Of a stretch of DNA of 43,500 bases, positions 18,061-27,234 are shown piece by piece. A program made the position numbers and the translations under genes. The first letter of the stretch is position 1; each line of letters begins with the position of its first letter. The notes beneath the pieces are model-generated. The model was not told the DNA's origin. It saw only the letters and a program-made list of their open reading frames with translations, and did no database searches. The DNA comes from an uncultured Lachnospiraceae bacterium (GTDB lineage Bacteria > Bacillota > Clostridia > Oscillospirales > CAG-272). Where the stretch lies: assembly GCA_964645985.1 (NCBI GenBank), contig CAZYCC010000006.1, positions 1-43,500 of the forward strand. Direction: 5' to 3'.

Positions 18061-20427
18061 ATGTGCATCTTCCGGCGAAGGCCTCTCGCACTGCTTGCGC
18101 TGTTTGCCTTTCTCTTTTTCTTCGTGGGGTTCGCGCTGCTCGGGCGCGCGTGGGAAACGGGAGAGAGCGCGCTCGCGCGCCTGCCACGCTTCCTTGGAGC
18201 GGCGGCGGCAGTCTGCGGGGCGCTCTTTTTGCTGCCGCTCGGAGGACTGTTTTTCACGCGGCGCCGCCCGGGCGCGCGGGGGCGGGCGGTTTTGTCGACG
18301 CTCGCGCTTGCCCTTGCGGGAGGGGCGATCGCGTCGCTCTGCCTCACGCTGCACTGCTCGATGGGGAGCCTTCGCGAGCCGCTCGCGCTTGCCGCGTCCG
18401 GCTCTCTCGGCGAGCCGCTGCCCTTCGAGGGGGAAATCGGCAAAATCTCCTCGACAGCATACAGTTCCACCTTAGATCTCACGGTGACGCGCGTGAGCGG
18501 GCGATCCTGCCGCTTCGCGGCGCGGCTGGTCGTCCCCGCCGTCATCGACGGGGAGGCGGGCGAGCTTATTTCGGGGAGAGCGGCGTTTTCTCTGCCGGAG
18601 GAGAGCGAGAACGGCTTCCCGGCGCGGCAATATCACTTCTCGCGTGGGGTATTTCTCACCGGGGAGGTGCCTGCCGGCGCGCCGCTGACGAGCGCGGGAG
18701 AGTCGCGCAGCCTCGCGGGGGCGCTCTCGCGCCTGCGCGATAAGCTTTCCTCTATTCTCGAGCGAAATTTGCCGCCGGATGATGCGGCGCTGCTCGAAGC
18801 GCTCCTCCTCGGGGACCGCGAAAGCCTCCCGGGCGAGATCAAGCGCGACTTTCAGACCTACGGCATCTCGCACCTGCTCGCGGTAAGCGGGCTGCACCTC
18901 TCGGTGCTCTGCGGCGTTCTCGCGCTCGCGCTCTCGGAGGCTCGCTGCCCGAAAAAGGCGCGCCTGCCCTTGCTTGCCGCGTTTTGCCTCTTTTTCATGG
19001 GGCTGTGCGGGTTCTCGGGGTCGGTCTGCCGCGCGGGCGTGATGCTGCTCTTCTCGCTTCTTGCCCCGCTCTGCAAGACGCGGCAAGACAGCCTCACGGG
19101 GCTTTTCGGCGGGGGCTTGCTCATCCTCCTCTTCTCGCCTTGGCGCATCTTCGATACCGGGCTGCAGCTCTCCTTCCTCGCCGTCCTTGGCATTCTCACT
19201 TTGGGAAAAGCCCTTAACGGCGCTGCGGCGAAAAAGTCACGCCCGCGCGAGGCGTCTCACCCTCTCCTCGCGAAGGTAGGCAAAGCGCTGCGCTCCTCCT
19301 TTTCGGCGAGCGTCTCGGCGATCATTTTCACCTTCCCGGTCGTGGCGACCCTCGGGACCGGCGTCGCCCTGCTCTCGCCGCTCGCCACGCTCCTGCTCTC
19401 GCCGGTCGTCGAGGGGCTGCTGCTGACATCGCCCCTCGCGCTGCTCTTCTCCGCACTTCCCGGTGTCTCGGACTTTCTCTTCTTTCTTTCGCGATTGCTC
19501 GGCGACATCCTGCTCTATCTCTCCTCCGGCGCCGTGCATTTCGCGAAAACCGTTCTGCCGCTCGCGCCGCGCGCGGCGGCTGCTCTCGCCGGGGGGTTCC
19601 TGCTCGTCCTGCTCTTCTTTCTCGTATTCAAACTGCCGCAGAAGTTTGCCCGGCGCGCGCCGCTATTTCTCTTCGCGCTCCTGCTCGCCGGGAACGCTCT
19701 TTTCATGCGATCTGCGGGAGGGGGGACGCGGGCGCTCTATGTGTGCAGCGGCAGCAACGAGGCGTTTCTCCTTTCTGATAAGGGCGAAACCGTCCTCATC
19801 GACCTTTCCGCCGGGACGAGCGGCGCGTCGAGCCTCGCGCTCAATCGCGAGCGCGAACTTCCTGCCGTCGGAGTTGACGCTCTGCTGCTGACCCACCTGC
19901 ACGCGCGCCACCGCAGCCAGCTCTCCTCGCTCTCCGAGGACTGCTACCTCAAACGGCTGATCCTCCCCACCCCGCGCGGCAAAAGCGAGGAAGGGGTCTA
20001 CTCTGCTCTTGTCGGGGAGGCGCGCGCGCGCGGCATCGCGGTCATCCCGTACGAGCGCGGCGGCGGGGAAATTCCGCTGACAAAGAGTGTGCGCTTCACC
20101 CCGGCGCCCGCCACCGCCCTCTCGCGCAGCACGCACCCGGCGCTCGCCTTCCGCCTCGACCGGGGCAGTCTCTCGCTGCTGTACGCGGGTTGCTCCTTCC
20201 CCGCGGCGGTGCTGCCAACGCTTGACCCCGAGAGCGCCGATCTGCTCGTCCTCGGGCGGCATGGGCCGGTGCGCCGCGCCGATGAGGACACTTCCTACGC
20301 CCCGCTCCTCGGCAGCCCTCTCCCCGCGGTTCTCCTCGCGGACGAAACCTACGCGAACGCCGCCGACTTCCCCCGCGCGGCACATCTTCGTGCGCGGGAC
20401 TATGTCGTTTTGGATATGGGAGGATAG
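18061..20427 (+). CDS. comEC: ComEC/Rec2 DNA internalisation channel with C-terminal MBL domain
   Basis: The hydrophobic N-terminus starts at ATG 18061; the ORF track extends it to 17809. The competence domain has the motif YGISHLLAVSGLHLSVL with many TMs. The C-terminal metallo-beta-lactamase-like domain has LLLTHLHARH. Confidence 0.85.
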   Translation: MCIFRRRPLALLALFAFLFFFVGFALLGRAWETGESALARLPRFLGAAAAVCGALFLLPLGGLFFTRRRPGARGRAVLSTLALALAGGAIASLCLTLHCSMGSLREPLALAASGSLGEPLPFEGEIGKISSTAYSSTLDLTVTRVSGRSCRFAARLVVPAVIDGEAGELISGRAAFSLPEESENGFPARQYHFSRGVFLTGEVPAGAPLTSAGESRSLAGALSRLRDKLSSILERNLPPDDAALLEALLLGDRESLPGEIKRDFQTYGISHLLAVSGLHLSVLCGVLALALSEARCPKKARLPLLAAFCLFFMGLCGFSGSVCRAGVMLLFSLLAPLCKTRQDSLTGLFGGGLLILLFSPWRIFDTGLQLSFLAVLGILTLGKALNGAAAKKSRPREASHPLLAKVGKALRSSFSASVSAIIFTFPVVATLGTGVALLSPLATLLLSPVVEGLLLTSPLALLFSALPGVSDFLFFLSRLLGDILLYLSSGAVHFAKTVLPLAPRAAAALAGGFLLVLLFFLVFKLPQKFARRAPLFLFALLLAGNALFMRSAGGGTRALYVCSGSNEAFLLSDKGETVLIDLSAGTSGASSLALNRERELPAVGVDALLLTHLHARHRSQLSSLSEDCYLKRLILPTPRGKSEEGVYSALVGEARARGIAVIPYERGGGEIPLTKSVRFTPAPATALSRSTHPALAFRLDRGSLSLLYAGCSFPAAVLPTLDPESADLLVLGRHGPVRRADEDTSYAPLLGSPLPAVLLADETYANAADFPRAAHLRARDYVVLDMGG

Positions 20428-20626
20428 CGCGCGCCCGCCCCGCGCAATTATTCCGCCGCGAGAGTCGGCACCGCACAACCGGGATGTAAAACCGACGACA
20501 AAAAATCCGCTCTATGAGCGGATTTGCGAGCGGAATTTTTTGGCGAAAAACACCTCCTTCTTCGATACCCGGCGGCGCGCCTTTCCGCCTCAGCGCAAGG
20601 CTCCGTCCGCCTTGCTCTCTCATCAC

Positions 20627-20662
20627 AAAACTCCCCCGCCCAAATTTGGCGGGGGAGTTTTT
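20627..20662. terminator. Bidirectional intrinsic terminator between comEC and pdxT
   Basis: Perfect 14-bp stem AAAACTCCCCCGCC / GGCGGGGGAGTTTT with a 7-nt loop. It is flanked by an A-run and a T-run, so it can terminate in both directions. Confidence 0.75.
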
Positions 20663-20691
20663 CTATGCTTTGATTTTTCCGCTTCCCCTCC

Positions 20692-21279
20692 CTACCCCTC
20701 TTTCCTTGCATTCTCCACCATTTCGAGGAAGGCACGGTGCACCGTTTCATCGGAGGTAAGTTCTGGGTGGAAGGCGGTGACGAGGAGATTGCGCTCGCGC
20801 GCGGCGACGGTTTTGTCGTCCACCGTCGCGAGCACCTCAACGCCCGCGCCAACGCGCGCGATGAAGGGGGCGCGGATGAAGGTCATCGGGATGGGCTGCC
20901 CCGCGAAGGGCGCGACCGTCGAAAAGCTCCCGAGCTGTCGCCCGTAGGCATTGCGCACCGCCGTTACGTCCATCGCGGCGAAGTAGCGGCGGGAATCGTT
21001 CTCGATTTCGCGCGCGAGGAGGAGAAGACCCGCGCAGGTTCCGAACACCGGCAAACCCCCCGCGATGCGGCGCGCGAGCGGCTCGAAGAGATGCAGGTCG
21101 CGCAGGAGCTTGCCCTGCGTCGTGCTCTCCCCGCCGGGGATAATCAGCGCGTCGAAGTGGCGCGCGAGATCCTCCTCGCGGCGAATTTCAAACGACGGCG
21201 CGCCAAGGCGCGCAAGCATCTGCCGGTGCTCGAGGAAGGCGCCCTGCAGCGCGAGAACGGCTATGGTCGGTGTGCTCAC
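20692..21279 (-). CDS. pdxT: Pyridoxal 5'-phosphate synthase glutaminase subunit PdxT
   Basis: 195 aa with a class I amidotransferase core ([15 protein letters not shown] nucleophile elbow, FHPEL). The GTG start overlaps the pdxS stop (GTGA). Confidence 0.9.
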   Translation of the reverse strand: MSTPTIAVLALQGAFLEHRQMLARLGAPSFEIRREEDLARHFDALIIPGGESTTQGKLLRDLHLFEPLARRIAGGLPVFGTCAGLLLLAREIENDSRRYFAAMDVTAVRNAYGRQLGSFSTVAPFAGQPIPMTFIRAPFIARVGAGVEVLATVDDKTVAARERNLLVTAFHPELTSDETVHRAFLEMVENARKEG

Positions 21280-22151
21280 TTGCCGCGCTCCGCCATCAGC
21301 AGCTCGATTTCCTGCTCGTTGATGCCGACCATTGCCTCACCAAGGTCCTCAGATAGCTCTGCGAGCATTTTCGGATCCTCGAAGTTGGTCACCGCCTTGA
21401 CGATGGCGGCGGCGCGCTTCTCCGGGTTGCCGCTCTTGAAAATGCCCGAGCCGACAAAGACGCCTTCCGCGCCGAGCTGCATCATTAGCGCGGCGTCCGC
21501 GGGTGTCGCGACACCGCCCGCGGCGAAGTTGACGACCGGCAGCTTGCCGTTATCGTGAACAAACCGAACAAGCTCATAGGGAACTTGCAGCTCCTTTGCC
21601 GCCTCAAACAGCTCGTCCTCCGCCATCGAGACAAGGCGGCGGATCTCCGCCTGCATCAGGCGCATATGCCGCACCGCCTGCACCACATCGCCGGTGCCCG
21701 GCTCGCCCTTCGTGCGAATCATCGAGGCGCCTTCGGCGATACGGCGCAGCGCCTCGCCGAGGTCGCGCGCGCCGCAGACAAACGGCACGTCGAATTTCGT
21801 CTTGTCGATGTGGTACTTGTCGTCGGCGGGCGAGAGGACTTCGCTTTCGTCGATGTAGTCGATCTCGATCGCCTGCAGAATCTGCGCCTCGGCGATGTGG
21901 CCGATGCGGCACTTCGCCATCACCGGGATGTCAACCGCCTCCTGGATGCCCCGAATCATCTTGGGGTCGCTCATCCGCGAAACGCCACCCGCCGCGCGGA
22001 TGTCGGCGGGAATGCGCTCAAGCGCCATCACGGCGCATGCGCCGGCGCTCTCGGCGATTTTCGCCTGCTCGGGCGTCGTAACATCCATAATGACGCCGCC
22101 TTTGAGCATCTGCGCAAGGTTTTTGTTCAGCTCATAGCGAGAATTTTCCAT
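21276..22151 (-). CDS. pdxS: Pyridoxal 5'-phosphate synthase lyase subunit PdxS
   Basis: The start is ATG 22151 with an AAGGAGA RBS; the ORF track extends it to 22226. PdxS motifs are highly conserved ([45 protein letters not shown]). Confidence 0.95.
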   Translation of the reverse strand: MENSRYELNKNLAQMLKGGVIMDVTTPEQAKIAESAGACAVMALERIPADIRAAGGVSRMSDPKMIRGIQEAVDIPVMAKCRIGHIAEAQILQAIEIDYIDESEVLSPADDKYHIDKTKFDVPFVCGARDLGEALRRIAEGASMIRTKGEPGTGDVVQAVRHMRLMQAEIRRLVSMAEDELFEAAKELQVPYELVRFVHDNGKLPVVNFAAGGVATPADAALMMQLGAEGVFVGSGIFKSGNPEKRAAAIVKAVTNFEDPKMLAELSEDLGEAMVGINEQEIELLMAERGK

Positions 22152-22356
22152 AAAAGCGTCTCCTTTGGTCACGGAAAGGGTCAAAAAGTTATGGGTCAAA
22201 CGACGAGCGCGCGGGCGTGCCGTCAAGAGAAAACGCGAGGGGGTTAAGTCATCGCATATCCTTCACGAGAAGGAAATGAAAGCTTCGAAAATCCTTTCGA
22301 AAAAAGTTACAAATGATGTCGCGAGAGGAAATGTGCGATAGTTTGCCAAAATCCTT

Positions 22357-22923
22357 TCACCCGATTGCCTGCCACTCCGGCTCGCAGGAGCGCATCGCGT
22401 CAATCGTGCGGGTAATGAGCGTGTCGAGATCCCAGCCGAGCATTTCCGCGCCGCGCGAAATGACCTCGCGCGAGCACCCCGCCGCGAAGTTCGGGCTTTT
22501 GAATTTCTTCTTGACCGACTTTGTCTCAAGGTCGGCGGCGCTCTTAGAAGGGCGGATGATGACGCAGGCGTAAATCAGCCCGGACAGCTCATCGGTCGCG
22601 TAAAGAACCTTTTCCATTTCGCTCTCGGGCGCAACGTCGACCGTCAGTCCGTACCCGTGCGACACAACCGCGTGAATGAACCGCTCGGATACTCCGCGCT
22701 CGCGCAGGATTTGCGCGGTCATAACGCAGTGCTGCTCGGGGAACCTCTCAAAGTCAAGGTCGTGCAGCAGCCCGACGTTGCCCCAAAATTCCTCTTCCCC
22801 ATGCCCGAGCTCGCGCGCAAAATAGCGCATCACACCTTCCATTGTCACGGCGTGCTTTCGGTGGAAGGGCTCCTTGTTGTACGCGCAGAGCAGATCCCAC
22901 GCCTCGTCTCGGGTCAGTTCCAT
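22357..22923 (-). CDS. HD-domain phosphohydrolase (predicted)
   Basis: An HD signature (HRKHAV...LLHDLD) sits in a ~190-aa protein. ATG 22923 is preferred because of its GAGGA RBS; the ORF-track GTG at 22947 has no RBS. Confidence 0.7.
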   Translation of the reverse strand: MELTRDEAWDLLCAYNKEPFHRKHAVTMEGVMRYFARELGHGEEEFWGNVGLLHDLDFERFPEQHCVMTAQILRERGVSERFIHAVVSHGYGLTVDVAPESEMEKVLYATDELSGLIYACVIIRPSKSAADLETKSVKKKFKSPNFAAGCSREVISRGAEMLGWDLDTLITRTIDAMRSCEPEWQAIG

Positions 22924-23295
22924 AAAATCCTCGGGAAAAGTGAACACGGAGTGAAGGAAATTTTTGTCTTAAGTTTTGTTTTGAAAAGTTTCTTCGGCAA
23001 GGTCGCTATTGCCGGAGATCCTCGTCTGCGGCGGGGAAAAGACAGGCGAGTGCGCGCAGAAACCCCGGAAAGGGGGCGTGGCGCTCAATTTGCCGAAGGG
23101 CGAGCGCCCGCGAGTTTGATCTTCAGGATACAGCCGCGCTCGCCTCGCTCGGAGCGGGAGCTCCGCTTTGCGAGGGCATGATTTGCCGCGAAAATCCCGC
23201 CATAGGGCGGCGCGCCGCAAGGGCCTTCCGCCCCGCAAAGGGGCGCACAGATCGGGCGCAAATCGGCGCGGAGCAAGCGCCCGCTTCAATACTTC

Positions 23296-23324
23296 AGTAT
23301 AGCGCGAGCGCAAGAGAATGTCAA
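23296..23324 (-). promoter_or_regulatory. Near-consensus promoter far upstream of the HD gene
   Basis: The minus strand reads TTGACA-17 nt-TATACT. The next downstream minus-strand start codon is the HD gene at 22923, about 365 nt away. Confidence 0.65.
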
Positions 23325-23517
23325 GAGGCGGCTGCAGCCAAGCGAGCGGCGGGTAAACTCCGCTCGCCCCTTCTTCGGCACAATTCGTATTCAGTATCCC
23401 GCCCGAAATCGCGCTTGCCACATGAATTCATTCTTTTCACGAGCAAACCGCGCGCGCGCTCTCCCCCGCGTGGGCCTACGCTCCCGTGTTTCCCGCGGCG
23501 CGCGGCCCACCTCTCCC

Positions 23518-23546
23518 TTGACTTCCCCCTCTGCCGCGGGTATACT
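23518..23546 (+). promoter_or_regulatory. Promoter of the rsmF-like gene
   Basis: TTGACT-17 nt-TATACT, followed by a GGAGG RBS and TTG start at 23564. Confidence 0.75.
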
Positions 23547-23563
23547 ACCCACGGAGGTGTGGT

Positions 23564-25045
23564 TTGGACGAGTATTCTTTGCCGCGCGGGTTTTTGCGTG
23601 AGATGCGCGCGCGGCTCGGTAAGGATTTCCCGGCATACTGCGCGGCGATGCGAGAGCTGCCGTATCGCGGCATTCGGCGCGCGACCTTGCGCTGCAGCGA
23701 GCAGGAGCTTGCCGCCGCGCTCCCTTTCCCCATCAAGCGTGTGCCCTTCTCGCCGGATGCCTTCACCGCGCCGCCGGGTGCGCGCCTCGGCGCGCTGCCC
23801 GCCCACCACGCGGGAATGTTTTACGCGACCGAGCCGTCCGCCACAGCGGCGGTGCCGATCCTCGACCCTCGCCCCGGCGAGCTTGTCCTCGATCTCTGCG
23901 CCGCGCCCGGCGGCAAAGCGTGCGCCATCGCCGAGCGAATCGGCGAGGGGGGTCTGCTCGTCGCGAACGAGGTGGCACCGGCGCGTCTTCCGGCGCTGCG
24001 CGAGAATCTCGCGCGCCTCGGCGCCGCAAATACCGTCGTCACCAACTGCCGCCCGGAGGAGCTTGCGGCGGCGCTGCCCGGCGCGTTTGACCGCGTCCTC
24101 GTCGACGCGCCCTGCTCGGGCGAGGGCCTATTTCGCCGCGACCCCGCCGCCGTGCGCGAGTGGGCAGAGGGCGTTCCCGAAGCCTGCGCGCGGCGGCAAA
24201 AGCAAATTTTGCGCGAGGCGGCCGCGCTCGTGCGGCAGGGCGGGACGCTCGTCTATGCGACCTGCAGCTTCTCCCGCGTCGAGGACGAGGGGGTCGTTGA
24301 GGATTTTCTGAGAGAGCACCCCGATTTTTCGCTCGAACCGACAGGCGCCACGTTTGAGCGGCCGCTGCTTGGCGGCGGCGCGCTGCTGATTACGCCCCTT
24401 GAGGGCGGCGAGGGGCAGTTTGTCGCGAGGCTGCGCCGCGCGGGCGATCGCCCGGCCCTCCTCCCCGAAGTGTCGCCTATGCCGCCGCCCCTCCATCTGC
24501 GCGAGCGCACCTGCGCGCTCCTCGCCGATTTATTGACGAGAGACTTCAATCCCGCCGCCCTCCCGCTCGCTTGGTTTCCTGCAAAATCCCCCTCGCGAGC
24601 AGGCCCGCGCGGCGCAGGGGAGCGTGGGGGGACCACTCGCCCATCGGGGGACAATGAAGACGTGTTTCCTCGGAAAAAGGAGAATTTGCGCAGCGCCGGG
24701 GCAATCATCGGTCGGATTGCGCTGCTGCCGGAGGGGGTGAGGCTGCCGCGCGGCGCCGCTCCGATCGCGGCGGGGGTGACGGTAGCTCTCGCGCGAGAGG
24801 ACGGGCGGCTCGAACCTTGCCACGATCTCTTTCACGCGCTGCGGCGCGAGGACCTGCGCCGCACGATTGCGCTCGCGCCGGGCGACCCCGCGCTCGCCGC
24901 TTTCCTGCGCGGCGAGGAGATTTCCTGCGGCCCCGCGCTGCGCGGCGCGGCGGCGGTCTGCCTCGGGGATCTGCCGGTCGGATACGGCAACGCGAGCGGC
25001 GGCCGGCTCAAGAACAAGTACCCGAAAACCCTGCGCAACCGCTGA
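23564..25045 (+). CDS. RsmB/RsmF-family (NOL1/NOP2/Sun) RNA m5C methyltransferase
   Basis: SAM-binding and catalytic motifs are present (DLCAAPGGK, VLVDAPCSGEG, TLVYATCS). The N-terminal and C-terminal extension domains resemble RsmF/YebU-type enzymes. Confidence 0.8.
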   Translation: MDEYSLPRGFLREMRARLGKDFPAYCAAMRELPYRGIRRATLRCSEQELAAALPFPIKRVPFSPDAFTAPPGARLGALPAHHAGMFYATEPSATAAVPILDPRPGELVLDLCAAPGGKACAIAERIGEGGLLVANEVAPARLPALRENLARLGAANTVVTNCRPEELAAALPGAFDRVLVDAPCSGEGLFRRDPAAVREWAEGVPEACARRQKQILREAAALVRQGGTLVYATCSFSRVEDEGVVEDFLREHPDFSLEPTGATFERPLLGGGALLITPLEGGEGQFVARLRRAGDRPALLPEVSPMPPPLHLRERTCALLADLLTRDFNPAALPLAWFPAKSPSRAGPRGAGERGGTTRPSGDNEDVFPRKKENLRSAGAIIGRIALLPEGVRLPRGAAPIAAGVTVALAREDGRLEPCHDLFHALRREDLRRTIALAPGDPALAAFLRGEEISCGPALRGAAAVCLGDLPVGYGNASGGRLKNKYPKTLRNR

Positions 25046-25280
25046 ATCTCCCCGCGATAGGGCAAAAATAGTACTTCCTCCCGCGTGGGACGAACAAGGG
25101 AGCTCTCGTCCCTCGGTCGATAAACGCACCGAAGCGGCTGCGCGCGGCGGGGTTCGCCGTCCCTCACGCGACGGGGCAAAATCCCGCATTCCCGCACGAG
25201 GGGGCATCCCGCCGCGCCTCCCGCCGCACCTCGTCTCTCCGCGTGAACTATTGCGGGAAGGGCGTTTCGCGCGCTTTGCA

Positions 25281-25316
25281 GAAATCCGGGAGAATGCTCT
25301 CCCGGATTTCTTTTTT
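25281..25316 (+). terminator. Intrinsic terminator downstream of the rsmF-like gene
   Basis: Perfect 13-bp stem GAAATCCGGGAGA / TCTCCCGGATTTC with loop ATGC, followed by TTTTTT. Confidence 0.75.
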
Positions 25317-25514
25317 GCCTTTGCCTTCGCCTCCCGGCGGAGCTGCTCCGCCGGGAGGCGTACCCGCGTTCACTCGCGCGGGCAAGAACTCGCGTGAGGA
25401 AGTAGCATCGCGTCGCCCCGGCGCGATTCGCCCGGGGAAACGCGGTGCGATCCGCCTATTTCAGCGGAATTTCGGCGCCCCCCGCGAGTTTGCCGCGGAT
25501 TTGGCGGTTTTACC

Positions 25515-26444
25515 TTATTCGGCGAACATCGGGGTGGAGAGGTAGCGCTCGCCGGTGTCCGGCAGGAGCGCGACGATCAGCTTGCCGGCGTTCTCCGGGC
25601 GGCGCGCGAGCTGGGTCGCGGCGTAGACCGCGGCGCCGGACGAGATGCCGACGAGCAGACCTTCCTCACGGGCGAGCGCCTTGCCGGTCGCGAACGCGTC
25701 CTCATTCTCGATCTGAATGATTTCGTCATAGACGCTCGTGTCGAGCGTGTCGGGGACGAAGCCCGCGCCGATCCCTTGGATTTTGTGCGGGCCGGACTTG
25801 CCGCCCGAGAGCACCGGGGAGCTCGCCGGCTCGACCGCGACGACCTTGACGGCGGGGTTCTGCTCTTTGAGATAGCCGCCCGCGCCCGTAATCGTGCCGC
25901 CGGTACCGACGCCCGAAACGAAAATGTCGACCTTGCCGGCGGTGTCCTCCCAGATTTCGGGGCCGGTCGTCGCGCGGTGGATCGCGGGGTTGGCGGGGTT
26001 GACGAACTGCCCGGGAATGAAGCTGCCCGGTGTCTGCTCGGAGAGCTCCTTCGCGCGCTCAATCGCGCCCTTCATCCCCTTCGCGCCTTCGGTGAGGACG
26101 AGCTCGGCGCCGTACGCTTTGAGGAGGTTGCGCCGCTCAACGCTCATCGTCTCGGGCATCGTCAGGATGATGCGGTAGCCGCGCGCCGCCGCGACGGCGG
26201 CAAGACCGATGCCGGTGTTGCCGCTGGTCGGCTCGATGATGACCGCGCCGGGTTTGAGCGCGCCGCTCTTCTCGGCATCGTCGATCATCGCGAGGGCGAT
26301 GCGGTCTTTGACACTCCCCGCCGGGTTGAAATACTCGAGTTTGCCGACGATGGTCGCGCCAAGGTCGCGCGCCGCGGCGTACTTGCCGAGCTTGAGCAGA
26401 GGCGTTTTGCCGATGAGCTCGGTCAGCTGTTCGTAGATCTTCAT
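25515..26444 (-). CDS. cysK: Cysteine synthase A (O-acetylserine sulfhydrylase)
   Basis: 309 aa with an AAGGAG RBS. It has the PLP-Lys motif (NPAGSVKDR), TSGNTGIG and [10 protein letters not shown] loops. Confidence 0.95.
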   Translation of the reverse strand: MKIYEQLTELIGKTPLLKLGKYAAARDLGATIVGKLEYFNPAGSVKDRIALAMIDDAEKSGALKPGAVIIEPTSGNTGIGLAAVAAARGYRIILTMPETMSVERRNLLKAYGAELVLTEGAKGMKGAIERAKELSEQTPGSFIPGQFVNPANPAIHRATTGPEIWEDTAGKVDIFVSGVGTGGTITGAGGYLKEQNPAVKVVAVEPASSPVLSGGKSGPHKIQGIGAGFVPDTLDTSVYDEIIQIENEDAFATGKALAREEGLLVGISSGAAVYAATQLARRPENAGKLIVALLPDTGERYLSTPMFAE

Positions 26445-26896
26445 AAGAACTCCTTTGTGAATAGAATATTTCGGATGTATGACGGTAGGAAAAACGAAGA
26501 GCGCCCACTCGATCTCCCCGCTCCTCGCGGGGAGAAGCGATCGCCCTTGCCGCGGAATCTTTCCCGCGCGATCCTCCCTAACTCAGGGAGAAGCCGCCCG
26601 GCGAACCCGGCGAGTCGCGCGAGGGGCACGCTCAAACTATCAACGGGCTATTCATGGCGGGGGATCTTGCGCATCGCGCATGGGCGCAGGTTATGGTCGT
26701 TCGCGGCAACATCGCGCGCCCGGGCGCGGGGCGGGAGGGAATGCAAACATAGAAGTAAACAGAACAGGAATGCTCGCGCGGGAACGGCAAGCGTGCGTAC
26801 CGGGAAAACGCGTCCACTCTCCCGCGCCGCTGAGGCGAGCGAAGTGAACGCAACATCCGCCGCGAGGGAGTGAGGAATCTCGCGAGGGGGGCATTT

Positions 26897-26946
26897 CCCC
26901 GCCCCCTCCCCGCGCCGCAGCTCGGCGGTGCGGGGAGGGGGCGGGG
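26897..26946. repeat. Perfect 17-bp-stem GC hairpin
   Basis: CCCCGCCCCCTCCCCGC pairs with GCGGGGAGGGGGCGGGG across a 16-nt loop that can itself pair (GCCG/CGGC). Confidence 0.85.
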
Positions 26947-27014
26947 CAGCTTCCCTGCCTTTGGTGGATGTCCTTGACGAAGGAAGACTATTTCCTATCG
27001 GAATGGTATGCTTT

Positions 27015-27043
27015 AGAATAGCACAACCGCTCCGGCTTGTCAA
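27015..27043 (-). promoter_or_regulatory. Candidate promoter about 560 nt upstream of cysK
   Basis: The minus strand reads TTGACA-17 nt-TATTCT. No credible ORF lies between it and cysK. Confidence 0.5.
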
Positions 27044-27195
27044 GCCCCCCGCGAAATTTTTTTATAAAGCCCCTCGCGCGAGAAAGTCTCCTATTTCTCA
27101 CGCGAGAAGAGGGGAGTTTTTCCCTCACAAGAGGGAAACTTCGCTAATTTCATTAAAACACCCTCTCGCATGAAAGAGAAACGCTTCTTCCAGCA

Positions 27196-27234
27196 GAAAA
27201 TTTTTCGAAGAAAATCTTTCGCGGAAAATCTTTC
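27196..27234. repeat. Three 14-nt-phased copies of GAAAAT(T/C)TTTC
   Basis: GAAAATTTTTC (27196), GAAAATCTTTC (27210) and GAAAATCTTTC (27224). Each unit is itself a short inverted repeat (GAAA...TTTC). Confidence 0.8.

Noticed and set aside
26691-26894. 67-aa Cys-containing ORF starting right after the 17-bp hairpin (minus strand).
   Set aside because: It has no clear SD at proper spacing, no recognisable family, and a composition typical of a random GC-rich frame.
26445-27007. T-box or SAM-I riboswitch in the cysK upstream region.
   Set aside because: I found no GGGTGGTACCGCG-type T-box sequence and no GAGGGA...GCAACC...AGATAAG SAM-I core. I therefore report it only as an unclassified structured leader or RNA.
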